From NCBI GenBank assembly GCA_022778545.1, contig JALFDW010000039.1:33216-97215 (forward strand): DNA of 64,000 nucleotides. The letters run 5' to 3'. The notes beneath the pieces are model-generated. The model did no database searches. It was not told the DNA's origin and worked only from the letters and a program-made list of their open reading frames with translations. Both the position numbers and the translations under genes were made by a program. The stretch comes from a bacterium. GTDB lineage: Bacteria > Bacillota > Clostridia > Christensenellales > CAG-138. Shown here in pieces: positions 1-9,442 of the stretch (within the stretch, counting starts at the first letter, position 1; each line of letters begins with the position of its first letter).

Positions 1-5
1 AATCA

Positions 6-47
6 AGGCTGACCGGAAACGGTTAGCCTGTTTGCCTTTTGGTTTTT
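6..47 (+). terminator. Rho-independent terminator, probably ending an off-window upstream + strand gene
   Basis: 10-bp stem AGGCTGACCG/CGGTTAGCCT with a GAAA loop, followed by the T-rich tract GTTTGCCTTTTGGTTTTT. Confidence 0.6.
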
Positions 48-203
48 CGTTTCAATGGAACAAATACAGACCGCCTTTGCAGGATATATCCGGTTGAATA
101 TACATATCTTTTTATGTTTGTCAACGCGGCCTTACTATGCTATATTATTATATTAAAAATTATTATATTAAAAAAGCATTTTGTACAGCAGAGGACAAAC
201 ACA

Positions 204-1520
204 ATGGCAACGGAATTTGAACGGATCAAAGAATCCCTCAGGGAAGCAAAGCTCGCGAGTTTTTTGCTGATACCGCTGAAATACGACAGCGACACGTTCA
301 ACGGGAGCTGGCTTGCGGAGAACGCAGTGCGCACCCCCTTTACCACAATGGACATCAATGAGTCCATCAAGCAGTCCATCAACGCGGAAAATACCACATA
401 CGTTATTTCCCGATACAAGATCTCAAAGGAGACCGTTTTTAAAAGCCTGGGCCTCCCCTTGGAGGAGCTTTCCTTCTACGCCTGCGAAAAGGGCAGTAAA
501 TGCTTTGACGTGCGCCATTATTTCGAGCTTTGCGATGCTGAGATCTATGTATTCCACACGCAGGTAGCTTTCCTTGTCGTCAAGATCAAATATTCAAAGA
601 TGAACCTTCTTGACACCATTTGCAATTTGGGCTCCGCAGAAAACAACGTGGAGTACTATTACGCCGGCAGCGATGGCACGCCGGTCCGGTTTGACTTTGA
701 AGGCGGCCTCATTCGGATGTGCGCACAATCCAACATCGTGCCGTTCTTTAAGAGCGGTTGCTCCATATTTCTTGAAGGGTATGTATACACCACTGCCGTC
801 GTAGAAAAACGCTTTGAGGAGCTTGATACAATGCGGCAGATCGTTTTCAACCTGCACCTGATGGTGGATCCTGACACTCTCTGGGAGGACGAGGCGGAGG
901 AAGACATCAATTACGTATACGCGGTGAAGAATCAGACGCTTGCCACCTACCGCTGGGGCTGCTGCATTACGAGCCAGACGATTTCATACATCGTGGCAAA
1001 CAGCGCCATGGACATCGACGGTGAAATGGCTGACCAGGCCGAAAACGGTCTCCCCGTCGTGCTGCTCGCGCTTTACCAGAAATACACCTGCCTGCGTTTC
1101 AGGGAGCTGCTTTCCATCGTGGATAAGAAAAAGCTCAAAAGGCTGAAGCAGCTGAAGCGGCAGATGCTGGACTTCCAGGCTTTCGGCACGATTGCCCCTG
1201 CGAACATCTCCCGCTGGCATAACATCAAGCAGATATATAAGCATGTTCTCGACACCAACTCCATCCCGGAGGCGGTAGACAACATAAGCGTTACGCTTAG
1301 CGTGCTGGCCGAGCATCAGGATGCAATTCAGGCTTCGCGCAACGACACCATAATGGGGCTCATCACCATCTTCGGTATCGTATCCATACCTTCCTCGATC
1401 ATAAGCATCATCGACATCATGACCGGCGGGAACCCGCTGAACCGGCTGACTACCGTGGTTTCGCTGCTGTCCATGGTGATGATGATCATTGTGATGCTGC
1501 TGTATCGGAAAAAGGATTAA
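204..1520 (+). CDS. Hypothetical membrane protein with CorA-like topology (large soluble N-domain plus two C-terminal TM helices); family not recognised
   Basis: ORF 39..1520. I place the start at ATG 204 (MATEFERIK) because 39-203 is AT-rich promoter DNA (TTGTCA 118-123, 17-nt spacer, TATATT 141-146). There is a basic coiled segment KKKLKRLKQLKRQ. Two hydrophobic helices sit at the C-terminus and the protein ends LLYRKKD. No GMN motif is present. Confidence 0.6.
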   Translation: MATEFERIKESLREAKLASFLLIPLKYDSDTFNGSWLAENAVRTPFTTMDINESIKQSINAENTTYVISRYKISKETVFKSLGLPLEELSFYACEKGSKCFDVRHYFELCDAEIYVFHTQVAFLVVKIKYSKMNLLDTICNLGSAENNVEYYYAGSDGTPVRFDFEGGLIRMCAQSNIVPFFKSGCSIFLEGYVYTTAVVEKRFEELDTMRQIVFNLHLMVDPDTLWEDEAEEDINYVYAVKNQTLATYRWGCCITSQTISYIVANSAMDIDGEMADQAENGLPVVLLALYQKYTCLRFRELLSIVDKKKLKRLKQLKRQMLDFQAFGTIAPANISRWHNIKQIYKHVLDTNSIPEAVDNISVTLSVLAEHQDAIQASRNDTIMGLITIFGIVSIPSSIISIIDIMTGGNPLNRLTTVVSLLSMVMMIIVMLLYRKKD

Positions 1521-1556
1521 GCGGTGGGAAGGCAGGAACTTCAAAGTTCAGGCAAA

Positions 1557-1585
1557 AGCGGAGAGGTGCTCCTCCCCGCTTTCTT
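1557..1585. terminator. Bidirectional terminator between convergent genes
   Basis: Stem AGCGGAGAGG/CCTCCCCGCT (one mismatch), loop TGCT. A-run upstream and T-run downstream. Confidence 0.6.
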
Positions 1586-1606
1586 AATACATTTTTCCAG
1601 ATGCGC

Positions 1607-2248
1607 TTATTCCAGCCCGTCCGCCCGCCGCTGAAAGTCCTGAAAGAGCATCGCGCAGTGATAGCCGTCGTTCACCGCATGGTTGCAGTAGACCGAAAGC
1701 GGGATGACGGTTTTTCCGTCCCGCTCCTCGAATTTGCCGAAGGTGAGGATCGGCGGATAAAACGTTGCGCAGTATTGCAGGCAGAACGAAATATTCGTGG
1801 TTTTGATCCACGGCACGGCGGAGATGTTCACCGAATTGAGCGGGAAGGCTCCCTGCGGATTGTATTTGTTGACGTCCGCATACTCTGCGCGCACCCGCTC
1901 GATTTCCTCCACCTGGCGCAGCGCATCCGGAATGTATTCCGCCACAAGGCACTTTACGTTGCCGTTTTCCATCACGTCAAAAAACAGCGGATGCATGGTG
2001 TTGTAGCAGACGAACTCGTCCTCCTCGCTCCAGCCGTAACGGAATTCGGGGTGCGCGTTCACCGCCTGCGCCGCCACCGCAACAAGCATGGGATAAAGCT
2101 TCGCGCCATGTTCCTTTGCATAGCGTCTGAGATGCGTGATGTCGAGCTCCGCCGTCATCGTAAACCCGCAGCCGCCGCGGCTGAAATACTCGTATTCCTC
2201 CCGGCGCTCCCAGGTTTCAAGGTCGACCTTATGAAATGTCGCGTCCAT
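1607..2248 (-). CDS. Chloramphenicol O-acetyltransferase family protein (type A CAT-like)
   Basis: 213 aa, the typical CAT length. The C-terminal NHAVNDGYH aligns with the catalytic HHAVCDG(F/Y)H motif and the catalytic His is retained. The N-terminus (W-R-EY--F) is CAT-like. Confidence 0.8.
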   Translation of the reverse strand: MDATFHKVDLETWERREEYEYFSRGGCGFTMTAELDITHLRRYAKEHGAKLYPMLVAVAAQAVNAHPEFRYGWSEEDEFVCYNTMHPLFFDVMENGNVKCLVAEYIPDALRQVEEIERVRAEYADVNKYNPQGAFPLNSVNISAVPWIKTTNISFCLQYCATFYPPILTFGKFEERDGKTVIPLSVYCNHAVNDGYHCAMLFQDFQRRADGLE

Positions 2249-2282
2249 GTTTTCTCCTTTATTACGTTATTATGTTCCGGTT

Positions 2283-4094
2283 CTATACCGTTTCAAACTG
2301 CGAATGGTAAAGCTCCGCATAGAAGCCGTTTTTCGCCATCAGCTCCCGGTGCGTGCCCTGCTCCACGATGTCGCCCGCCTTCACCACAAGGATGCGATCC
2401 GCATTCTGAATGGTGGAGAGCCGGTGGGCGATGACAAAGCAGGTGCGCCCTTCCATCAGGCGCAGCATGGCATCCTGAATACGGCGCTCAGTCTGTGTAT
2501 CCACGTTGGAGGTCGCTTCGTCGAGGATGAGCATCGGCGAATCAAGGAGCATTGCCCGCGCAATGGTGAGAAGCTGCTTCTGCCCCTTTGAAATGTTGGA
2601 ACCATTGTCCGTCAGCACGGTATCGTAGCCGTTGGGCAGGGACATGATGGTATCGTGGATCCGCGCGGCCTTTGCCGCGGCGACCACTTTTTCCATCGTT
2701 GCATCCTCCCGGCCATAGGCGATGTTCTCAAACACCGTGCCGTGGAACAGCCAGGTATCCTGAAGCACCATGGTGTAGGCAAGCCGCAGGCTCCTGCGCG
2801 TCACGCTGCAGATATTCTGCCCATCGATCGTGATCGCCCCGCTGTCCGCGTCGTAAAAGCGCATCAGCAGGTTGATGATGGTCGTCTTTCCCGCGCCCGT
2901 CGGCCCTACGATGGCAGTGACAGAGCCGCGCGGCGCATCCAGGTTCAGGTCGGAAAGGATGACCTTGCCCGGCTCATAGCCGAAGCGCACGTTTTTGAGC
3001 GCAACGTCCCCCTTCACATGCGCAAGCTCCGTCGCGCCGGGCGCGTCCGCAGGCTCCGGCTCCTCATCCAGCAGGCGGAACACGCGCTCCGCCGCGGAGA
3101 ATGCGCTCTGCATTTCCGCAAGCAGGTTTGCGAACTCGTTGATCGGCCCGGAGAACTTGCGGGAATACAGCACGAAGGAGGAAATGTTGCCCAGCGAGAT
3201 CGCGCCGCCCATGTAAAGCAGCGCACCGAACACGCTGATGAGCGCAAGCGAGAAGTTGTTCACAAAGTTCACGGAAGGCCCCATCACGCAGGCATAATAA
3301 TCCGCGTTGCAGTATGCGTCCACCGCTTCCTTGTTCTTCTGATCGAACCGGCCGATCATGACTTCCTCCCGGTGATACGCTTTTGTGGTGCGCTGGCCGC
3401 TCGTGACCTCCTCCACAAAGCCGTTGAGCTCGCCGAGCTTTTTCGAGCGCAGGCGGAACAACGGGCGCACCTTCTTTGCCCGATACCGCGTGATGAGCAC
3501 GGAAACGGGGATCGTCACCACGAACACGAGGATGAGCACAGGCGAGATGGAAAGCATCATCACAAGGGAACCCAGCACCGTGATAAAGCTCGTGCAGATC
3601 TGCACGATATCGTTGGAAAGCGAGGCGTTGATGGTATCCACATCATAGGAGATGATGCTGATGATATCGCCCGTCTGGTGCCGGTCAAAGAAGCCCACGG
3701 GCAGCGAAACGAGCTTTTCAAAGATGTCCCTTCGCATGCGGTAGACAATGTTGCGGCTCAGACGGATCATCAGCCGCGCGAGGCCATAGCTCATCCCGGC
3801 GGACAGCGCATAGCAGATCGCCATATAGCCCGCATAACGGAACACCGTGGCAAAATCGACCTTCCCCGGCCCGGGCTCAATGGCGTCGATGGCAAAGCCC
3901 GAAAGCTTCGGCCCGACAAGCGCAAGCGCGTTCCCTGCGATCGTAAGGACGATCGCCAGCGCGAGCATCCATTTATATTCCCGGAAATATCCCCAAAGCC
4001 GGCGCAAAATATATGTTTTTTTCAGCTTTTGCTCCGCGCCGTGCAGCGACTGCATCGCCGTTGCGGGCGGGTTTGCGGTTTGTTTCTTTTCCAT
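2283..4094 (-). CDS. ABC transporter, fused permease/ATP-binding subunit (type I exporter half-transporter)
   Basis: 603 aa. N-terminal 6-TM domain. Walker A GPTGAGKTT, signature ISKGQKQLL, Walker B LILDEATS. Confidence 0.9.
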   Translation of the reverse strand: MEKKQTANPPATAMQSLHGAEQKLKKTYILRRLWGYFREYKWMLALAIVLTIAGNALALVGPKLSGFAIDAIEPGPGKVDFATVFRYAGYMAICYALSAGMSYGLARLMIRLSRNIVYRMRRDIFEKLVSLPVGFFDRHQTGDIISIISYDVDTINASLSNDIVQICTSFITVLGSLVMMLSISPVLILVFVVTIPVSVLITRYRAKKVRPLFRLRSKKLGELNGFVEEVTSGQRTTKAYHREEVMIGRFDQKNKEAVDAYCNADYYACVMGPSVNFVNNFSLALISVFGALLYMGGAISLGNISSFVLYSRKFSGPINEFANLLAEMQSAFSAAERVFRLLDEEPEPADAPGATELAHVKGDVALKNVRFGYEPGKVILSDLNLDAPRGSVTAIVGPTGAGKTTIINLLMRFYDADSGAITIDGQNICSVTRRSLRLAYTMVLQDTWLFHGTVFENIAYGREDATMEKVVAAAKAARIHDTIMSLPNGYDTVLTDNGSNISKGQKQLLTIARAMLLDSPMLILDEATSNVDTQTERRIQDAMLRLMEGRTCFVIAHRLSTIQNADRILVVKAGDIVEQGTHRELMAKNGFYAELYHSQFETV

Positions 4095-4111
4095 GCCGTT
4101 CCCCCTCCCCC

Positions 4112-5830
4112 TTATTCCGCTTCGCCCATCTGCACTTCATAGATCTCGCGGTAATCCGCACAGGAGGCAAGCAGTTCCTCATGCGTGCCCGCGCCGATCA
4201 CACGCCCGCCATCCAATACGAGGATGTGGTCCGCATTCAGGATGGAACTGATGCGCTGCGCGATGATGATGGTCGTCGTATCGCTGAAATTATGGTGCAG
4301 GGCGCTGCGCAGCGCCTGGTCGGTCTTATAATCGAGCGCGGAGGATGCGTCATCCAGCACAAGGATCTCCGGTTTCCCCGCAAGCGCGCGGGCGATCAGC
4401 AGGCGCTGCTTCTGCCCGCCGGAAAGGTTTGCTCCCTTTGCGGTAAGCATGTGCGAAAGCCCGCCCTCCTTTTCTTCGATGAACTCCGCCTGCGCAAGCT
4501 TTGCCGCAAGCAGGAGCGTTTCATCCGAAAGGCCCCGGCCAAAGTCGATATTCTCGCGGATGCTGTCCGCAAGGATGAAATCGTTCTGGAACACCACGCC
4601 AAACATCGTGTGTAGCTCCTCCTCCGGGATGCCCTCGATGCGCCGCCCGCCGATGCGGATCTCCCCCGCGTCCACGTCATAAAAGCGCATGAGCAGGCTC
4701 ACGATGGTGGACTTGCCGCTGCCCGTCGGGCCGATGATGCCGAGCGTCTGCCCGCGGCGAAGCGCAAAGCTGACTCCCGAAAGATCATCCCGCGTTTTCC
4801 CTTCCGCCTTGTTGTAGGAGAAGCTCACGTTCTGGAATTCCACATGGTATTCGCTCGTGCGCGGCGCAGGATCGCCGGGGACGGGTTCCACGGGCGTCTC
4901 CAGAACTTCTTCGATGCGTTTTGCGCTTGCCGCGCCTTTGGAATAGATCATGAACAGGCGCGATATCATCATCATGGCATTGAGGATGATGGTGAAATAG
5001 CTCAGGAAGGCGATGATCTTCCCCGCCTTGGAAACGCCCGCGTTCACGCGAAACGCACCCACGACCACCACCGCCGTAAGGCCCAGGTTCAAAAGCAGAC
5101 TCATCACGGGGTTTGTCGTTGCCATGACCGCGCCCGCATGCTGATCCCGACGGACGACCTCCCGGTTCACTTCATCAAAACGTTCTTTTTCATATTCCGT
5201 TTTGGAGAGCGCCTTGATGACGCGCACTCCCGTCATGTTTTCCTGCACCTTGCGCACCATGCCGTCCACAGCCTCCTGCACACGCACATAAAGCGGCACG
5301 CCCCGGCGGGACACGCCGAACACCACCACGCCAAGCAGCGGCAGCGTGCATACGAGCACGAGCGTAAGCACCGGCTCCAGCGTGAACGTGACGCAGATGC
5401 CGCCGAGCAGAAGGATCGGCGCGCGCACGCCGAGGCGCTGCATACGGTCCACCATCTGGTGAACGTTGTAGGTGTCGCTCGTGAGGCGGGAGATCAGCGA
5501 GGAAAGCGTGAAGCCGTCCACCTGGCGGCTGGAAAGATAGGAGACCCGCGCAAACGCATCATGCCGAAGCTTCTCCGTGAAACGGCGCGAGATGCGGGTG
5601 GACATGCGGTTCGCGCACACGTTGCCAAAGAGCGCCACCGCAGCGGCAAGCAGCATGAGCGCGCCCCAGAGGTAAACCTGCACCATATCCCGAAGGGGAA
5701 CGATATCATCGAGAATATGCGAAAGCATCCACGGAATGAACAGCTCCGTGATCGTGCCGATAAACTTGATCGTAAGCTGCAACGCGAGGCGCGCATACTG
5801 CGGTTTTAGATATCGGAGAACGGTTTTCAT
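4112..5830 (-). CDS. ABC transporter, fused permease/ATP-binding subunit (partner of 2283..4094)
   Basis: 572 aa. Walker A GPTGSGKST, signature LSGGQKQRL, Walker B LVLDDASSALD. Separated from its partner by 17 nt, suggesting a heterodimeric exporter. Confidence 0.9.
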   Translation of the reverse strand: MKTVLRYLKPQYARLALQLTIKFIGTITELFIPWMLSHILDDIVPLRDMVQVYLWGALMLLAAAVALFGNVCANRMSTRISRRFTEKLRHDAFARVSYLSSRQVDGFTLSSLISRLTSDTYNVHQMVDRMQRLGVRAPILLLGGICVTFTLEPVLTLVLVCTLPLLGVVVFGVSRRGVPLYVRVQEAVDGMVRKVQENMTGVRVIKALSKTEYEKERFDEVNREVVRRDQHAGAVMATTNPVMSLLLNLGLTAVVVVGAFRVNAGVSKAGKIIAFLSYFTIILNAMMMISRLFMIYSKGAASAKRIEEVLETPVEPVPGDPAPRTSEYHVEFQNVSFSYNKAEGKTRDDLSGVSFALRRGQTLGIIGPTGSGKSTIVSLLMRFYDVDAGEIRIGGRRIEGIPEEELHTMFGVVFQNDFILADSIRENIDFGRGLSDETLLLAAKLAQAEFIEEKEGGLSHMLTAKGANLSGGQKQRLLIARALAGKPEILVLDDASSALDYKTDQALRSALHHNFSDTTTIIIAQRISSILNADHILVLDGGRVIGAGTHEELLASCADYREIYEVQMGEAE

Positions 5831-5840
5831 TTTGCTGCCC

Positions 5841-6278
5841 TCACTCCTTCTTCATTTCGTCCACACACCGCCGGGCGCAGTCCGCGGCGCGCGACAGCAG
5901 ATCCATGAACTGTTTCTTTTCTTCCTCGGTGAAATCCGCCGTGATGGCTTCATTCCATGCGTGCAGCACCTCGCGCACCTCCGGCAGCACTGCAAGCGCC
6001 TTTTCCGTCGGGTAGACCTCCATGGCGCGGGAGTCCGTCTCGCAGGGGCGGCGTTCCACAAACCCGTTTTGCTCAAGTGTGGCAAGCTGGCGGGTCACGT
6101 TGCTCTTGTTTACATAGATCTCCCGTGCGATCGCGTCCTGCGTCGTGCCCGGTTCCCGGCAGACGCGCAGGATATAGGCGCAGTGCTGCCCGCAGAGGCC
6201 GGTATCCCGGAGGCGTTCCGAACGGAACTGGTTGCTGCACCGGGCGATCATCATGATATAGCGGCTGATGTTTGGCAT
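5841..6278 (-). CDS. MarR family transcriptional regulator
   Basis: 145 aa. Winged-HTH core (TQDAIAREIYVNKSNVTRQLATLEQNGFVERR). Lies 10 nt upstream of the ABC pair. Confidence 0.85.
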   Translation of the reverse strand: MPNISRYIMMIARCSNQFRSERLRDTGLCGQHCAYILRVCREPGTTQDAIAREIYVNKSNVTRQLATLEQNGFVERRPCETDSRAMEVYPTEKALAVLPEVREVLHAWNEAITADFTEEEKKQFMDLLSRAADCARRCVDEMKKE

Positions 6279-6351
6279 TTCGTTTTCCTTTCAATAAAGT
6301 CAAAAAAGTCAAAATCAGAACAGAATTGCCGCCAAAGGGCGGAGCAAAACA

Positions 6352-6380
6352 GTTGCGTATTCAACAGTTGCGTTCGCAAC
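6352..6380. promoter_or_regulatory. Two adjacent pseudo-palindromes, candidate MarR operators
   Basis: GTTGCGTATTCAAC (6352-6365) and the perfect palindrome GTTGCG-TT-CGCAAC (6367-6380), in the divergent intergenic region upstream of marR. Confidence 0.45.
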
Positions 6381-6451
6381 CATATGAGAGTGTAACATAT
6401 TGCCGGTAAAATGTAAAGGGAACTTTTGGAATCGATCTGGAAATGCTCCGA

Positions 6452-6480
6452 TTGACACAACGAACCCTTCATGCTATATT
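6452..6480 (+). promoter_or_regulatory. Sigma-70-type promoter giving a (near) leaderless mRNA for the kinase gene
   Basis: TTGACA (6452-6457), 17-nt spacer, TATATT (6475-6480). ATG 6488 lies 7 nt after the -10 box and has no SD. Confidence 0.5.
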
Positions 6481-6487
6481 CAAACCC

Positions 6488-7096
6488 ATGAAACGGACTG
6501 AAACAGAAGCCGCCCTGCTGGCGGAACTCAAACAACGCATTACAGCGCATGGCCATGCGGTCGTAGCCATCGACGGCAACGCCGCCTCCGGAAAAACCAC
6601 CCTTGCCGCACAGATCGCGGAACATTTTGCGCCGCAATGCAGCGTAAACGTGTTCCATATGGATGATTTTTTCCTGCCGCCTGCCCTCCGCACGCCGGAG
6701 CGCCTCGGCGAACCGGGCGGCAACGTGCATTACGAGCGTTTCCGGAGCGAGGTGCTTGCAGGGATCGCCGCAAACGCCCCGTTTTCCTACGGCGTGTTCG
6801 ATTGCAGCGTGATGGCAATAACGCACAGCGTCGCTGCAGAACCGGCAGCACTTTCCATCATCGAGGGCGCATACAGCATGCACCCGTATTTCGGCGCGCC
6901 GTACGACCTGCGCATCTTCCTTTCCGCAACGGCAGAAACACAGCGCGCGCGCATTCTCCGGCGCAACGGCGCAGAAATGCTCAGGCGCTTTGAAACGATA
7001 TGGATCCCCATGGAAAACCGCTATTTTGAAGCCTTCCGCATCCGGGAACAGTGCGATTTCGTGCTGCGGGCGGAAGAAACCGCAGCGGAAAACTAA
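6488..7096 (+). CDS. Uridine kinase / P-loop nucleoside kinase family protein
   Basis: P-loop AIDGNAASGKTTLA. Length about 200 aa. The ORF-track start at 6443 lies inside the promoter, so I use ATG 6488. Confidence 0.65.
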   Translation: MKRTETEAALLAELKQRITAHGHAVVAIDGNAASGKTTLAAQIAEHFAPQCSVNVFHMDDFFLPPALRTPERLGEPGGNVHYERFRSEVLAGIAANAPFSYGVFDCSVMAITHSVAAEPAALSIIEGAYSMHPYFGAPYDLRIFLSATAETQRARILRRNGAEMLRRFETIWIPMENRYFEAFRIREQCDFVLRAEETAAEN

Positions 7097-7101
7097 GTCC
7101 G

Positions 7102-9252
7102 CTATGCTTTCACAAGCTTCGCGCGGAAGCTGATGCGCCGCTGCGTGGGCAGAATATCGAACTGCACGACATATGCGCTTGCAGCAAGGTCCACTTCCAC
7201 GATCACGCCATCACCCATGATCGCATGGCGTATGCGGTCGCCCGGCTGGAATTGCGCCTGCTCCGAAGCGGGTGCAAGCAGGCGTTCGCTCGCCTCAATG
7301 TGGCGAAACGCATCCCGAAGAAGGCGCGTATCCTCCATGCCCTCCCGCACAAGCAGCGGCTCATCCACATTGAACAGGAAGCGCGAAGGATAGCGGAACG
7401 AGCCGTCAAAATTCCGCCCTTCGGACTCGCTCAGCGACAGCGAACGCTGTGCCCGCGTGAACGCCACGAACGCAAGCCGCCTTTCCTCCTCCATCGCCTC
7501 GATGGTGGAGGTTTTTTTCGAAGGAAACACCCCCTCCTCCATCCCCGCGAGGAACACATGCGGGAACTCCAGCCCCTTTGCGGTGTGGACGGTCATCATG
7601 CGCACGCGCTCACCATCCTGCGCCGCATCCGTGTTGGTAAGGAGCGCAACGCGCGCAAGATACCCTTCCAGGGTCGCTTCCTCGCCGCAGGTCGTCTCGA
7701 ATTCGTAGATCGCCTGCTTGAGTTCCGCAAGGTTGTCGAGCCGATCCTGCGCGCCCTCGGTGCGGAGCATCGTTTCATATCCGCTTTCGTCGAGGATCGC
7801 GCTCAAAAGCTCGGACACGGGCGTCTCCGGGCTGGGCGCGCCAAAACGTTCCACCAGGTCCACGAGTTTATGCGCCTGCGTTTTTTTCAGCAGTTCGTGC
7901 TCCAGATTCTGCACAAGCGCCGCGTACAGCGTGCAGCCGTTCGCTTCGGCATATTCCTGCAGAAAGCGCATGCGCCGCTCGCCGATGTTCCTTTTGGGCA
8001 CGTTCGCCACGCGCAGGAAGGAGAGGTCATCCCGATAGGCCACAAGCCGCAGATAGGAAAGCGCATCCTTGATCTCCATGCGATTGAAAAACTGCACGCC
8101 GCTGAAAATCGTGTATGGGATCTCCTCCTTTAAAAAGACTTCCTCCAGCGTGCGGCTGATGTGGTGCGCGCGGTAGAGGATGGCGATATTCCGGAGCGGA
8201 ACGCCCTCCGCGGAAAGGGCTTTGATCCGCCCCGCGATCCAGAGCGCTTCCGCCTCCGCCGTTTTCGCATGGTGCCAAACCACGGGAGCGCCCGCAGGCA
8301 GCGTGGGAATGAGTTCTTTTTCAATGCGGCTACGGTTCTTCGCAATGAGCGAGTTGGCCGCGGCGAGGATCTCCGGCGTGGAGCGGTAGTTCCGCATCAT
8401 GAGGATCGTTTCCGTGCCGGGGAAGTTCTTGTCAAAGTCGAGAAGGTAGCGCACGTTCGCGCCGCGCCAGGTGTAGATCGTCTGATCCGGGTCGCCGACG
8501 ATGAAGAGATTTTTATGGTGTGCGCAAAGCGCTTCCATAAGCCTGTATTGCAGTGCATCGATGTCCTGAAATTCATCCACCATGATGTATTCCAGGCGCC
8601 TCTGCCATTTTTCGCGGATCTCCGCATCGTTTTCAAAGATGTAGAGCGTGTATTTGATGAGGTCGTTGTAGTCAAGGCCGAAGCACTTCTTCTGCTGATA
8701 CAGATAACCGTAAAAGATGATGTCCCGAGGCGCATCCGCAGCGAGGTATTTCGCCCGCAGGCCGTCGAGCGGCATGGCGATCATGTCCTCATAATAATCG
8801 GGGTTTTCGACGGTCTTGCGGATCTCGATCATATCCCGCGCGTTGGAGAAGGTCATGTGCCGGAGCGTGAGGCCGCGCTCCTCATAGATGATCTTGAGCA
8901 TGGCGTCAATATCGGAATTATCGAGTACAAGGAAGTTCTTCGGATATTGCACAGCATGGCTGTCCTCCTGCAAAACGGAAACGCAGAAGCTGTGGAACGT
9001 GCAGACGTAGCCGGTGTCGTTGTCGCCCGTGAGCAGGTGGATGCGCTGGCGCATCTCGTTTGCGGCCTTGTTGGTAAATGTCACGGAGAGGATGTTCGCA
9101 GGCAGGATACCCACCTCGTTCACAAGGTACGCAAAGCGGTGCGCAAGCGCGCGCGTTTTTCCGCTGCCCGCCCCCGCGATGACGCGCACATAGCCTTCCG
9201 TGGCCATGACGGCGCTGCATTGTTCCGCGTTCAAGCCTTCCAGAATGTCCAT
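7102..9252 (-). CDS. pcrA: ATP-dependent DNA helicase PcrA/UvrD family
   Basis: Walker A AGAGSGKTRAL, motif II MVDEFQD, TVHTAKGLEF. Start at ATG 9252 (MDILEGLNAEQ) with GGAGGA 6 nt upstream. Confidence 0.9.
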   Translation of the reverse strand: MDILEGLNAEQCSAVMATEGYVRVIAGAGSGKTRALAHRFAYLVNEVGILPANILSVTFTNKAANEMRQRIHLLTGDNDTGYVCTFHSFCVSVLQEDSHAVQYPKNFLVLDNSDIDAMLKIIYEERGLTLRHMTFSNARDMIEIRKTVENPDYYEDMIAMPLDGLRAKYLAADAPRDIIFYGYLYQQKKCFGLDYNDLIKYTLYIFENDAEIREKWQRRLEYIMVDEFQDIDALQYRLMEALCAHHKNLFIVGDPDQTIYTWRGANVRYLLDFDKNFPGTETILMMRNYRSTPEILAAANSLIAKNRSRIEKELIPTLPAGAPVVWHHAKTAEAEALWIAGRIKALSAEGVPLRNIAILYRAHHISRTLEEVFLKEEIPYTIFSGVQFFNRMEIKDALSYLRLVAYRDDLSFLRVANVPKRNIGERRMRFLQEYAEANGCTLYAALVQNLEHELLKKTQAHKLVDLVERFGAPSPETPVSELLSAILDESGYETMLRTEGAQDRLDNLAELKQAIYEFETTCGEEATLEGYLARVALLTNTDAAQDGERVRMMTVHTAKGLEFPHVFLAGMEEGVFPSKKTSTIEAMEEERRLAFVAFTRAQRSLSLSESEGRNFDGSFRYPSRFLFNVDEPLLVREGMEDTRLLRDAFRHIEASERLLAPASEQAQFQPGDRIRHAIMGDGVIVEVDLAASAYVVQFDILPTQRRISFRAKLVKA

Positions 9253-9366
9253 AAGGTTCCTCCTTTGTGCGCTGATGTGCCTGTTTATTATCGTAACCGC
9301 CGTACAGGGAATCGTCAAGGCCGAAGGATGCTTCCCGAAGGCTTCCAAAAAATTTGGAATTATGTA

Positions 9367-9395
9367 TTGACAACCCGCTTTGAATGCGCTAGAAT
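9367..9395 (+). promoter_or_regulatory. Strong sigma-70-type promoter for the tRNA pair
   Basis: TTGACA (9367-9372), 17-nt spacer, TAGAAT (9390-9395). Confidence 0.6.
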
Positions 9396-9442
9396 ATGCA
9401 AGTGTCCGGCGGAGAACGCGCGGACAGCCCCCCCAAAGGAAT

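Noticed and set aside
145-174. Short tandem repeats (also 11356-11401, 55286-55322 and 63341-63374) considered as possible CRISPR or other arrays.
   Set aside because: There are only 2-3 copies, with no unique spacers and no cas genes. They are better explained as slippage duplications or regulatory repeats.
2655-4142. Long + strand ORF (495 aa) antisense to the ABC transporter. Similar long shadow ORFs occur at 4844..5809, 8161..9588, 17433..18413, 18367..19377, 19907..21469, 21848..23167, 22960..24915, 32371..34443, 42246..43301, 43468..45141, 45159..47051, 53953..55575 and 55350..56636.
   Set aside because: They lie antisense to genes with clear family motifs. Their products are R/H/A/G-rich and low-complexity, and they lack SD sequences. 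This is the typical stop-codon-poor shadow frame of high-GC DNA.
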